DNA of 18,703 nucleotides, taken from positions 1 to 18,703 of the forward strand of contig JAYUUO010000017.1 of the NCBI GenBank assembly GCA_043754515.1, in the 5' to 3' direction. This DNA comes from Armatimonadota bacterium. Lineage in GTDB: Bacteria; Armatimonadota; Armatimonadia; Armatimonadales; Armatimonadaceae. Shown in pieces: positions 8,736 to 17,462 of this stretch (position 1 is the stretch's first letter; each line of letters starts with the position of its first letter). The notes under the pieces were generated by a model. It did not search any database. It was not told the DNA's origin and worked only from the letters and a program-made list of their open reading frames with translations. The position numbers and the translations under genes are program-made.

Positions 8736-9761
8736 ATGAAAACGGTTCTGTCGAGGCTGATCGCGGGAGAGCACCTGACCGAGGACGAGGCGATACGCGC
8801 CATGACCGCCCTCACGAACGGCGAGGCGTCCCCGCCGCAGATAGCCTCCCTTCTCACCGCGCTGCGCATCAAGGGCGAGACGGTGGCCGAGATAACCGGC
8901 TTCGCGCGGGTGCTACGGGCGCAGTCGCTCCGGGTTCAGACCGTGCGCCGTCCCCTACTCGATACGTGCGGCACCGGTGGCGACACGGTCAAGACGTTCA
9001 ATATATCCACGGCGGCGGCGTTCGTCGCGGCGGCGGCGGGGGTCGCGGTGGCGAAGCACGGCAACCGGGCTGTGACCGGCAAGTGCGGCTCGGCGGATGT
9101 TTTGGAGGCACTCGGGGCGCGCATTGATCTGGACGCGGGCGCGGTCGGCCGTTGCATAGACGCGCTCGGCATCGGCTTCCTGTTCGCCCGCGCCCACCAT
9201 CCGGCAATGCGACACGCCGCGCCGGTCCGCGCCGAACTCGGGTTCCGCACCGTTTTCAACGCGCTCGGCCCCCTGACGAATCCGGCGGGCGCGACGCGGC
9301 AGCTGCTCGGCGTGTACGACGCGGCGTTATGCGAGCCGCTGGCGCGGGTGCTGGGGAACCTCGGCGCGGAGCGGGCGATGGTGGTTCACGGCGGGCCGGG
9401 GCTTGACGAGATAGCGACGTGGGGCGAGACCACCGTCGCCAAGTGGGACGGCGACACGGTGCGCGTTTACCAACTCACGCCGGAGATGATGGGTATCACG
9501 CCTGCCGACCCCGCCGCGCTCGAAGCCGGGTGCGATGCGCCCGCGAACGCGGCGATTTTGATCCACATATTAGACGGAACGGACACCGGCCCACGCGCGG
9601 AGATCGTCGCGGCGAACGCGGGCGCGGCGTTGTATGTCGCGGGCGTCGCGGACTCGGTCGCGGACGGCGTGGTACGCGCCCGCGCGGTGCTGGCGTCCGG
9701 GGCGGCGGCGGCGAAGCTCGCGGAACTCGCCGCGTGGACGAACCGCGAGGAGAAATTATGA
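8736..9761 (+). CDS. trpD: Anthranilate phosphoribosyltransferase
   Basis: DTCGTGGD, NISTAAA, KHGNR, GSADVLEALG, RTVFN.LGPLTNP and GLDE. ATG 8736 is preferred over GTG 8721. Confidence 0.97.
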   Translation: MKTVLSRLIAGEHLTEDEAIRAMTALTNGEASPPQIASLLTALRIKGETVAEITGFARVLRAQSLRVQTVRRPLLDTCGTGGDTVKTFNISTAAAFVAAAAGVAVAKHGNRAVTGKCGSADVLEALGARIDLDAGAVGRCIDALGIGFLFARAHHPAMRHAAPVRAELGFRTVFNALGPLTNPAGATRQLLGVYDAALCEPLARVLGNLGAERAMVVHGGPGLDEIATWGETTVAKWDGDTVRVYQLTPEMMGITPADPAALEAGCDAPANAAILIHILDGTDTGPRAEIVAANAGAALYVAGVADSVADGVVRARAVLASGAAAAKLAELAAWTNREEKL

Positions 9762-10555
9762 CGCAGACTCCGACTATACTAGACCAGATCAACGACACCA
9801 AGCGCACGGAAATCGCCGCGCTCAAAGCCGGGTTCCGGGGCAACGCCGGACAGGAACTCGCCGCCCGGTGCGCCGATCTCCCGCCGACGCGCCCGTTCAA
9901 GAGCCGCCTCACCCCGCCGGTGAAACTGATCGCCGAAGTGAAAAAGGCATCGCCGTCGAAGGGCGTGATCCGCGCCGACTTCGACCCGGTCGCGATCGCG
10001 AAAGCCTACGAACGGGGCGGCGCGACGTGTCTCTCCGTGCTGACCGACGAGACCTATTTCGGCGGTAACCTGTCCTACCTCGCCGCCATCCGGGAAGCCG
10101 TCGCGCTCCCGCTCCTGCGCAAAGACTTCCTGCTCGATCCGGTGCAGGTCTACGAGGCGCGGCTCGCGGGGGCGGACGCCGTTCTGCTGATCGTGTCGTC
10201 CATCCCATCGGCGGCGCGGCTCGCCGAAATGCGCCATGTCGCCGAATCGCTGGGCATGGACGCGCTGGTGGAGGTACACGACGAGGCCGAAGTCGCGGTC
10301 GCGGTGGAATCCGGCGCGACGCTGATCGGGATCAATAACCGGGACTTGCACACGTTCGATGTCTCTCTTTCCGTCACGGCGCGGCTCCTGCCGCTGCTCC
10401 CGGCGGGCACGGTCGCGGTCGCGGAGTCGGGGATCGGTACGCCAGACGATGTCGCGACGGTGGCGCGGCTCGGGGCGCACGCGGTGCTGGTCGGCGAGTC
10501 ACTCATGCGGCAGGCGGACGTCGAAGCGGCGACGCGAACGCTCATAGGCGGCTAG
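9758..10555 (+). CDS. trpC: Indole-3-glycerol phosphate synthase
   Basis: IAEVKKASPSKG, LSVLTD, LRKDF, GADAVLLI, GINNRDL, ESGI and LVGESLM. The start forms an ATGA overlap with the trpD stop and has a GAGGAG RBS. Confidence 0.97.
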   Translation: MTQTPTILDQINDTKRTEIAALKAGFRGNAGQELAARCADLPPTRPFKSRLTPPVKLIAEVKKASPSKGVIRADFDPVAIAKAYERGGATCLSVLTDETYFGGNLSYLAAIREAVALPLLRKDFLLDPVQVYEARLAGADAVLLIVSSIPSAARLAEMRHVAESLGMDALVEVHDEAEVAVAVESGATLIGINNRDLHTFDVSLSVTARLLPLLPAGTVAVAESGIGTPDDVATVARLGAHAVLVGESLMRQADVEAATRTLIGG

Positions 10556-10617
10556 ATTCGGGCGGCCGGGTCGCGTTCCCGCGGGAATATCACTCCGCCT
10601 TTCTCAACCACTACACC

Positions 10618-11577
10618 ATGCAAAAAAAGATAGTTGTCATCGGCTCCTCGAACACGGACCGGATCATGCGGGTGCCACATCTCCCCGCCGTCGGCGAAAC
10701 GGTCTCGGACGGCGTGTATTCGCAGGCGTGGGGCGGCAAAGGCGCGAATCAGGCGGTCGCCGCGGCGCGGGCGGGCGGGGGCGTCGTGTTTCTAAGCGCG
10801 GTCGGCGCGGACCCGGAAGGCGCGGCGATGATACGGAGTTACGCCCGTGACGGCATTGACGTTTCGCGCATGGTGATCGCGCCGGACACGGCGACAGGGG
10901 CGGCGACCATACTCATTGATGCCGAAGGGCGCAACTGTATCGCGGTCGCGCCCGGCGCGAACTACGCGCTTCGCCCCGCGCACATCACCGAAAACGCCGA
11001 ACTGATTGGGTCCGCCGCGTATCTCATCCTGCAAAGGGAGATACCGGTTGACACCACGCGCGCCGTGTTGGAGCTCGCCGCGTCCGCCGATGTGCCGGTG
11101 CTATTCAACTTCGCACCGGTGCGCGTGGATGACGTGCCGGTATCACCCGCGATGACCGGTCTGGTCGTGAACGAAAACGAGGCGTCCGCCCTAACCGGCG
11201 TTTCGGTGACCGACGCGGATTCGGCGCGAGCGGCGGGGGAGATACTACTCACGCAAGGGCCCCGTTTCGTGGTCGTGACGCTCGGCGCGGAAGGCGCGTA
11301 CGTGCTGGACACGGGCGGCTACAGAGAGCTGATACCGGCGTTCCGCGTCACGCCCGTGGACACCACGGCGGCGGGCGATACGTTCTGCGGCGTGCTCGCG
11401 GTCGCTTTATCCGAGGGAGGAACGCTCGCGGACGCGTGCCGGTTTGCCTCCGCCGCGTCCGCGCTGTCGGTTATGAAAACCGGGGCACAACCCTCGATCC
11501 CGTACCGGGCGGAGATCGAGGGGCTTCTGGCTCGCGCCGAGTTCGCGCCGCCACCCGTCCAGACGGCGTTAGCGTAG
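10618..11577 (+). CDS. rbsK: Ribokinase (PfkB family)
   Basis: VIGSSNTD, GGKGANQAVAAAR, NENEA, TLGAEG, VDTTAAGDTF and GAQPSIP. Confidence 0.92.
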   Translation: MQKKIVVIGSSNTDRIMRVPHLPAVGETVSDGVYSQAWGGKGANQAVAAARAGGGVVFLSAVGADPEGAAMIRSYARDGIDVSRMVIAPDTATGAATILIDAEGRNCIAVAPGANYALRPAHITENAELIGSAAYLILQREIPVDTTRAVLELAASADVPVLFNFAPVRVDDVPVSPAMTGLVVNENEASALTGVSVTDADSARAAGEILLTQGPRFVVVTLGAEGAYVLDTGGYRELIPAFRVTPVDTTAAGDTFCGVLAVALSEGGTLADACRFASAASALSVMKTGAQPSIPYRAEIEGLLARAEFAPPPVQTALA

Positions 11578-11588
11578 CGAGGGAGGAA

Positions 11589-12947
11589 TCAGAACCCGAT
11601 CAGGCTCCCCTCCGGCTTCATCCCGACCTGATCCCGGAGCGTTTTCGTTTTCTCCTCGTAACCCGGTTTGCCCAGTAGCGCGAACATGTTCTTTTTGTAC
11701 GCTTCCACCCCCGGTTGGTCGAATGGGTTGACGCCGAGCAGGTAACCGGACACGCCGCATGCCCGCTCGAAGAAGTAGAGAAGCCCGCCGAGGTGGTACG
11801 GGTCCAGGGCCGGGATCTCGACCGTCATGTTCGGCACGCCGCCGTCGCGGTGCGCGATGGAGGTGGCCTCGTAGGCGGCGCGGTTGATGTCGGTCAGCGG
11901 TTTCCCCGCCAGGTAGCCCAGTTCGTCCGCGTCGTCACCCGTGGGGAGCGGTAGTACCGGCTCGTCGGTCGCGCCGACCTGTACGAACGTCTCGAACAGG
12001 AAGCGGCGTCCCTGCTGGATGTACTGCCCCATCGAGTGCAGGTCGGTCGTGAACTCGACGCTCGCTGGGAACAGCGCGGCGTGATCCTTGCCCTCCGACT
12101 CGCCGAACAGTTGCTTCCACCACTCGATCAGGTAGTGCAGGCGCGGCTCGAACCCGACGAAAAGTTCGGTCGTGAACCCTTGATTGTAGAGCAGGTTACG
12201 CGCGGCGGCGTAGAACAGCGCGGGGTTCTTGAGCGGGTCCGGCTCGGCGTCAATCGCCGCTTTGCAGTCCATCGCGCCGCGCCGGAGTGCCTGAATATCA
12301 ATCCCGGCATACGCAATCGGGAGCAGGCCCACCGCCGATAGCACCGAGTACCGCCCGCCCACGTCGTCCCCGATCGGCAACGTCCGGTAGCCGATCTCGC
12401 TCGCAACCTTGCGGAGCGCGCCCTTTTTCGTGTCCGTGGTGGCGACAATCAGGCTCTTCGCGGCCTCGGCACCGGCCTGTTTCTCGACGAACGCGCGGAG
12501 CAGGCGGAACGCGACGGCGGGTTCCGTGGTGGTGCCGGACTTCGAGACGACGTTCACCGCGACGCGCTTGCTTTGTAGCCGCGCGAGCAGATCAGTGTGG
12601 TAGCGCGACGACAGGTTTTGACCCGCGAACTCGACTTTAGGCGCGTCGGGCGTCGCGAGTGCCTCGATCACGGCGCGTGACCCGAGGTACGAGCCGCCAA
12701 TCCCGATCACGACCAGCGTATCGGACTTCGCGCGTAGGTCGCGGGCGATCTCCTCAATGTGCGCCACCTCTTCGTCGCTCACCATCGCGGTCGGGTCGAG
12801 CCAGCCCCGGAAGTCCGCGCCCGCCCCGGTCCCTTTCGTGAGCGTGTCGGACGCCCATTGCAAACGGCTTTTCCACGCGCCCACCATGTCCGGCGTTACG
12901 TTCGGCGCGAGGCGCGCGGCGTCAATCGTCAGTTGTATACTTGGCAT
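11589..12947 (-). CDS. pgi: Glucose-6-phosphate isomerase (short ~450-aa type)
   Basis: GIGGSYLG, SKSGTTTEP, VGGRYSV, QLFGESEGK, DLHSMGQ and NPFDQPGVEAYK. ATG 12947 has an AAAGGA RBS, and TACAAT lies at 12983-12988. Confidence 0.97.
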   Translation of the reverse strand: MPSIQLTIDAARLAPNVTPDMVGAWKSRLQWASDTLTKGTGAGADFRGWLDPTAMVSDEEVAHIEEIARDLRAKSDTLVVIGIGGSYLGSRAVIEALATPDAPKVEFAGQNLSSRYHTDLLARLQSKRVAVNVVSKSGTTTEPAVAFRLLRAFVEKQAGAEAAKSLIVATTDTKKGALRKVASEIGYRTLPIGDDVGGRYSVLSAVGLLPIAYAGIDIQALRRGAMDCKAAIDAEPDPLKNPALFYAAARNLLYNQGFTTELFVGFEPRLHYLIEWWKQLFGESEGKDHAALFPASVEFTTDLHSMGQYIQQGRRFLFETFVQVGATDEPVLPLPTGDDADELGYLAGKPLTDINRAAYEATSIAHRDGGVPNMTVEIPALDPYHLGGLLYFFERACGVSGYLLGVNPFDQPGVEAYKKNMFALLGKPGYEEKTKTLRDQVGMKPEGSLIGF

Positions 12948-13061
12948 CAAAACGGTTCCTTTTCGTGTCGAAGGTTCACCGCATTGTACCTGCTACGCCG
13001 CGATACCCGTTTACGCACCACTACGGGCGCGGCCTTGTGCTACCCGCGCTTGCTCCGGCTG

Positions 13062-14078
13062 CTAATGACGCGCCCGCGTCGAGTTCGTATAGTAGCCGTT
13101 TCTGGCGAATGTCACCACGTAGCTGCCCGACTGTCCGAGCGCGACGCCCGAAATCTTGTCGCCCCCCTTGCCGACAGACGTCAGCGCGTCGAGAAGTCCG
13201 ACCGGAACGGTACTTGCGTACGAGGAGTTCGTGCCGAAGGTGATCGCCCAGCCGCCGTTCGCGCCCAGAGCGACGCGGGAGATCTGGCCGCCCGCGGTCA
13301 GTACCGACTTCACCTGGGTGATGAGACTACCGGGGGTTCCGGAAGTGTAGTAGCTGTTCTTGTTGACAATTATTATCCAGCTCCCGTCGGGCGCAATCGC
13401 CACGTCGGTGACCTGTCCGCCCGCGTTCTGCGTCGCGACGAGCCGGTTAAAGAGACTGACCGGGATGTTCCGCGAGTAGATCGTGCTGGTGCCGCTGACC
13501 ACGACGAAGCCATCGTTCGGCGCGAGTGCTATCGCGTTGGTCGGGGAGTTCTGAGTCTGAAGCGTACCCAGGTAGTCGCGCAGTTCCTGCGAAATCCCGA
13601 GGGATTTCCACCTGTAGCCGTCGTAGATCACGACCCAGGCGTCATCCCCCCGCAGTGCCACGTCGGCGACAACGTTGTCCGCCATGTTCAGCTTGTTCAG
13701 CACGATAGTCAGCGTGTCCTCGGTCGGAGTCGGAGTTGGAGTCGGAGTCGGAGTTGGAGTCGGAGTCGGAGTTGGAGTCGGAGTTGGCGTTGGGGTCGGG
13801 ATCGGACTCGGCGAGGGCGACGCGGTCGGGGAGCCGCTCGGCGACGGCGAACCGCTGGGTGACGGGTTGCCGGACGGCGACGGCGAACCAGTCGGCGACG
13901 GCGAGTCCGTGGGTTCGGGCGTCGGGACAATGGCGACGGAAGATGCCGGGGAGGGTGTCGCTGCCGGTTCGGACTTGCCGCTACCACCGCAACCGGCGAC
14001 GATGGCGAGGCCTATCGCGGACGCGAGCCATGCGAGGCGAGACGAACGGCGTGTGGAAAGTTTTAATGGCATAGACAT
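13062..14078 (-). CDS. Putative lipoprotein with Ser/Pro/Thr-rich linker and five ~43-aa C-terminal repeats
   Basis: Basic N-region, hydrophobic core and lipobox ([21 protein letters not shown]), then SPSPxG and (PT)n linkers, then repeated VA[LI]xxxxx[WFY] units. The start is ATG 14078 or 14072. Confidence 0.8.
   Translation of the reverse strand: MSMPLKLSTRRSSRLAWLASAIGLAIVAGCGGSGKSEPAATPSPASSVAIVPTPEPTDSPSPTGSPSPSGNPSPSGSPSPSGSPTASPSPSPIPTPTPTPTPTPTPTPTPTPTPTPTPTEDTLTIVLNKLNMADNVVADVALRGDDAWVVIYDGYRWKSLGISQELRDYLGTLQTQNSPTNAIALAPNDGFVVVSGTSTIYSRNIPVSLFNRLVATQNAGGQVTDVAIAPDGSWIIIVNKNSYYTSGTPGSLITQVKSVLTAGGQISRVALGANGGWAITFGTNSSYASTVPVGLLDALTSVGKGGDKISGVALGQSGSYVVTFARNGYYTNSTRARH
13723..13800. 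repeat. Hexanucleotide tandem repeat, 13 units of GT(C/T)GGN, encoding the Pro-Thr linker
   Basis: Three exact 18-bp copies of GTCGGAGTCGGAGTTGGA (13723-13776) are followed by four further hexamers. Confidence 0.95.
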
Positions 14079-14251
14079 TGGCAGGATTTTCGGGAGTGAC
14101 GTGGCGCGGCACCGGGCTACCGCGAGAGAGCGATAGGCCGATTGTTTGACAACTTCCCCGGTGGAATGCTTCATTTGTTCGCGCGGTTGTATACCGGCGT
14201 GTATCAGAATCCTTTTCCGCGGTGAAGAACCGCGAACGCCCCCTTCGGAAC

Positions 14252-14956
14252 TCAAGAATAGTACAGCCAGTAAGAAAACGCTATGAATGCCGCGATACTC
14301 CCGACGAAGAACACCCGGAACCAGACTGGGAACGCCTCGCCGATTTTCGTTTCGATCACCCCGCGCCGTGTGTCTATGGGAATGTTCTCCAGAAACACCT
14401 TCCTGTCATTTCCTGTCATTCTCAGACCGAGCGCGCACTTCTTACCGAGGTTACTGGAAACGCTGTAAATGACACACACTCGATCGGTTGCCGGTTCGAC
14501 AAGAATCTTATCTACGTCTTTCCACAGTATCCACTCGGTGCTTTTATGGCGAGTTCCATACTCGACCATCAGCCACAACCCCACGAACTTGGTGAGGCCC
14601 CACGTGAAATAGTCGGGCTCCCGTACACAGAACGCGAAGAGATATATCAAACCCTGTATGTAGTGGGGCGCGATCGCCGTCCCGCTCAAGACGAGGCCGT
14701 TCTTCTCCAGAATTAGGTCGCCTGATCGGAAGCAGGTTAATAGATCCGTCCATCGCTCCCGCCCCTGCGAGATTTTCATATCGAGAATGAGAGGGAGTGT
14801 CTGGCTCAATTGTTGGATCGCCTCCTCAATAGCGGAATCAACGACGACAGGATCTATGGGGTCAGGCTCCGGGGATGTGGTGAGAGCAAAGCTGACCAGA
14901 GGCGGTAACGAGTTCGGAAGGTCGTGTTCTTCCGGCAGACGAGGGAGTATCTCCAT
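14252..14956 (-). CDS. Hypothetical membrane protein, AT-richer than its neighbours
   Basis: Open frame of 234-240 aa (ATG 14956 or GTG 14974). It has hydrophobic internal segments and a C-terminal TM helix [25 protein letters not shown] recognise no family. Confidence 0.6.
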   Translation of the reverse strand: MEILPRLPEEHDLPNSLPPLVSFALTTSPEPDPIDPVVVDSAIEEAIQQLSQTLPLILDMKISQGRERWTDLLTCFRSGDLILEKNGLVLSGTAIAPHYIQGLIYLFAFCVREPDYFTWGLTKFVGLWLMVEYGTRHKSTEWILWKDVDKILVEPATDRVCVIYSVSSNLGKKCALGLRMTGNDRKVFLENIPIDTRRGVIETKIGEAFPVWFRVFFVGSIAAFIAFSYWLYYS

Positions 14957-15027
14957 GATTTCGGGATTCCCCACCCCATTGTAGCAGACGGGATCGCTCG
15001 CATCTATCTAAGCCCCCCGCGAGTGCG

Positions 15028-16842
15028 TCATTCCCAGAACGAGACGATGCCGTCCTCGTCCGCCCGGCGCGTCATCCGGCGCACCTTCGCCACCGTCCGC
15101 GTGAAGCCGTTCGCGTCCGCCCATTCCGTCACCCGCCGGAGCAGGTTCGCCAGTCGCTCCTGCGTCCCCCCGATGCGCGGCAATACCTTCTGCACCCACT
15201 GAAGGTCGAGCGCGGCGGTGACCGTTTCTTCCGTGGTGCCGCCCTCGACCAGGAGCGGCATGCCGTCAAGCGCGAAGCAGTGCGCCAGGTAGCGGAGCGA
15301 TTCGTCGCGCACGCGGTACCCGAACGCGAACCCGCGCTCGCTCAGCAGATCGCTTAGCCCGGACAGTGCCTCGTAGAACCGGGTGACGATGGCGGGTGAG
15401 ATGGCATTAAGGCGGCTTTCCGCCTCGGCGACGGTGCGGGCGCGGTCTCCCAGGAACAGACGCTCGCGCGCGTCCGGCGGCATCGGTGACGTGTTCGGAG
15501 ATATGAGCGGGAATGCTTGGCCCCCTCCGCCCTGGGAGAATCGCACCTCCCCGAACTCGATCACGTTCGCCCGATCCAGCACTTTCAGCCCGAACGGATG
15601 CGTGCCCTCCTCTATATTGACCGTGCCCGAAAGGAAGACGTTCGGCGGAAGCGTCACCGCGTCGAACGTCCCGGCGAGGGGGATCTCGCCCCCCCGCGTC
15701 TCCATCGCGGAGAGAATGTCGGCGAGGTAATGCTCGGCGCGGGCGAGGTTCATCTCGTCCAGGCAGACGAAATAGGGGCGGTCGCGGTTTTCCGCGCGTC
15801 CGGCCTCGCGCAGGATATCCAGAAACGGCGTGCCGATATACGTGCCAGACAGCGCGTTATGATAACCGAGGAGCGGCGACGGGTCGCTCCAGTCGGGGCG
15901 CACCGGGAGCAGACGGTACCGCGCCCGGATGTTTCCGGTGATCGCCTCCGCGAACAGTTCGGTCAGGCGCGTTTTTCCGGTGCCGGAAAGTCCGGCGAGG
16001 ATCACGAACGGCTTGGTTTTGTGGCACAGATAGTAGTCGCGCAGGGCGAGCGGCGGGTAGATCAAGCCTTGCGACGCGGCCAGGGTTTCCAGGTAGCGGA
16101 GCAGATCCGCCTCGGTCGCGTCCGGTTCGGCGGGCGACGCGGCGTGATAGGCGGGCGTGTCCGGCTCGCGCACCCGATTCGCGCCGCGTGTCACGCGGCG
16201 AGTGGGGCGGGTCATCTCCGGCGCGTGCCGCAGCACCGCGTCCAGGTCGGCGAAGTCGGACAGCCCGAGTAGGGTCCGGGCGGCGTCCCACAGCGCGAAG
16301 TCGGCCAGCAGTGTCGCCACTTGCCGGTCGCTCGTTTCGCCGAAACGATCCCGCGCCAGGGCGCGGGCGGCGCGACGTTCCGCCGGGGTCGCACCCAGCG
16401 TCGCGGACGCCTCGCGGCTCACGAACGGGTAGCGGTCCGGGTAGGCGACAAAAAGCAGTTGCGACGCGGTGAGCGAGCCGACCCCGCGCACGGACCGCAG
16501 GAAATCCGCGAGCCGCTCTGGGAGCGGCTGGTTCCCGAAGAGCAGGCGGTGCAGGGCGCGGGCGAAATCGTCGGTCTCGCGGGCGCGGTTCACGGCGACA
16601 TTGGGCGCGAAGAGCCGGGCGAGGTGCAGAAGTGGGGTCGCGTCCAACGCGGCGGGCGAGGCAACCCCGCGAAACCGATCCCGCGCGTTTGCCGCTTGCT
16701 CCAGTAGCGCATGATCTCTGGCACGCTCGGCGAGGTAGTCAAGCCGCCGTTCCCCCTCCAGCCACCATGTCCGCGCCGCGATCAGTGACTCCCGCCGCGC
16801 GGGCGGGAGTAGCGGCGTGTCACCAGGGGTGTGCGTCGGCAT
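15028..16842 (-). CDS. McrB-like AAA+ GTPase (dynein-related subfamily) with N-terminal helical domain
   Basis: KPFVILAGLSGTGKT (Walker A), VPVRPDW-like PVRPDWSD..LLGY, CLDEMNLARAEHY (Walker B), GTVNIEE, KVLDRANVIEF, FGYRVRDE and QKVLPRI. The likely start is ATG 16842 (604 aa). Confidence 0.9.
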   Translation of the reverse strand: MPTHTPGDTPLLPPARRESLIAARTWWLEGERRLDYLAERARDHALLEQAANARDRFRGVASPAALDATPLLHLARLFAPNVAVNRARETDDFARALHRLLFGNQPLPERLADFLRSVRGVGSLTASQLLFVAYPDRYPFVSREASATLGATPAERRAARALARDRFGETSDRQVATLLADFALWDAARTLLGLSDFADLDAVLRHAPEMTRPTRRVTRGANRVREPDTPAYHAASPAEPDATEADLLRYLETLAASQGLIYPPLALRDYYLCHKTKPFVILAGLSGTGKTRLTELFAEAITGNIRARYRLLPVRPDWSDPSPLLGYHNALSGTYIGTPFLDILREAGRAENRDRPYFVCLDEMNLARAEHYLADILSAMETRGGEIPLAGTFDAVTLPPNVFLSGTVNIEEGTHPFGLKVLDRANVIEFGEVRFSQGGGGQAFPLISPNTSPMPPDARERLFLGDRARTVAEAESRLNAISPAIVTRFYEALSGLSDLLSERGFAFGYRVRDESLRYLAHCFALDGMPLLVEGGTTEETVTAALDLQWVQKVLPRIGGTQERLANLLRRVTEWADANGFTRTVAKVRRMTRRADEDGIVSFWE

Positions 16843-17305
16843 GAGATAATTGCTCGAACAGGAACGCGCCCCACCGTTCGTTCGGCGTCCATACCGCGAG
16901 CAGATCGGCGCGGGCGACGTGCTCCTCGGCTTTTTCGATAAGCACCCGGTATAGATATAGGAATGCCGAGACGCGTTTGTTCGCGATGCAGTGGATAAAA
17001 AGCCCTTCACCGGGTCCACGCCCGTCCATCACGGCGAAAAAACGTTCGAGATCGCTACGTGTCGGCTCCTGCCAGCGCACCGGGATCGCTATATACTTCA
17101 TGCCCGCGTCCTCGACAATCAGATCCTCGTCGGGGATTCCGCTCACGGAGTCTGGCGTCGCCAGATTGACTACGGTATCGAATCCGGCGGCACCCGCTAA
17201 CGAGAACTGGGCCGGTGTCGGTTGTCCAGCAGTGACCAGCCCCGGCGCGGCCTCGAAGTAGTCGCGGATCACGGACAGAGTGGGGTAAAGGAGATGCCTG
17301 CTCAT
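16820..17305 (-). CDS. Protein-tyrosine-phosphatase-like / beta-lactamase-hydrolase-like (DUF442-type) protein
   Basis: TAGQP, GFDTVVNLA, YIAIPV and the CX4R loop HCIANKRVS. It overlaps the McrB-like start by 23 nt. Confidence 0.85.
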   Translation of the reverse strand: MSRHLLYPTLSVIRDYFEAAPGLVTAGQPTPAQFSLAGAAGFDTVVNLATPDSVSGIPDEDLIVEDAGMKYIAIPVRWQEPTRSDLERFFAVMDGRGPGEGLFIHCIANKRVSAFLYLYRVLIEKAEEHVARADLLAVWTPNERWGAFLFEQLSHADAHPW

Positions 17306-17314
17306 CTGATTTAG

Positions 17315-17387
17315 TACACCCGGCGGGACTCGAACCCACGACCAACCGCTTAGAAGGCGGTTGCTCTATCCGCTGAGCTACGGGTGC
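17315..17387 (-). tRNA. tRNA-Arg (anticodon TCT); CCA not encoded
   Basis: Cloverleaf GCACCCG-TA-GCTC-AGCGGATA-GAGC-A-ACCGC-CTTCTAA-GCGGT-TGGTC-GTGGG-TTCGAGT-CCCGC-CGGGTGT-A, followed by CTA rather than CCA. Confidence 0.97.
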
Positions 17388-17401
17388 AAGACACGGCCCC
17401 T

Positions 17402-17410
17402 ATTATATCA
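17402..17410 (-). promoter_or_regulatory. Extended -10 promoter (TGATATAAT) upstream of tRNA-Arg
   Basis: A perfect TGn-TATAAT ends 14 nt before the mature tRNA 5' end. Confidence 0.7.
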
Positions 17411-17462
17411 CCGCCGTTTCGCGCCCGTCCACGCCCGTGAGACCCGCGGACGCGCGAAACAC

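Noticed and set aside
9419..9757. N-terminal extension of trpC suggesting a fusion
   Set aside because: It is alternate-frame read-through within trpD. The real start is the ATGA overlap at 9758 with its RBS.
13723..13800. Possible CRISPR array or real (GV)n/(ES)n ORFs on the plus strand
   Set aside because: It is a simple hexamer tandem with no spacers and no cas genes. The plus-strand ORFs are shadows of the Pro-Thr linker.
12759..13862. Long antisense ORFs (367 aa here; also 2200-3084, 9779-10480, 15517-16272)
   Set aside because: They lie opposite well-supported genes, are Arg/Gly-rich with no motifs, and are typical of high-GC DNA.
14079..14251. Riboswitch upstream of the lipoprotein gene
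   Set aside because: I saw only a short CGCGGT/ACCGCG hairpin and no recognisable aptamer consensus.
17315..17340. Integrative island bounded by a tRNA 3'-end duplication
   Set aside because: I found no second copy of the tRNA 3' end and no integrase in the window.
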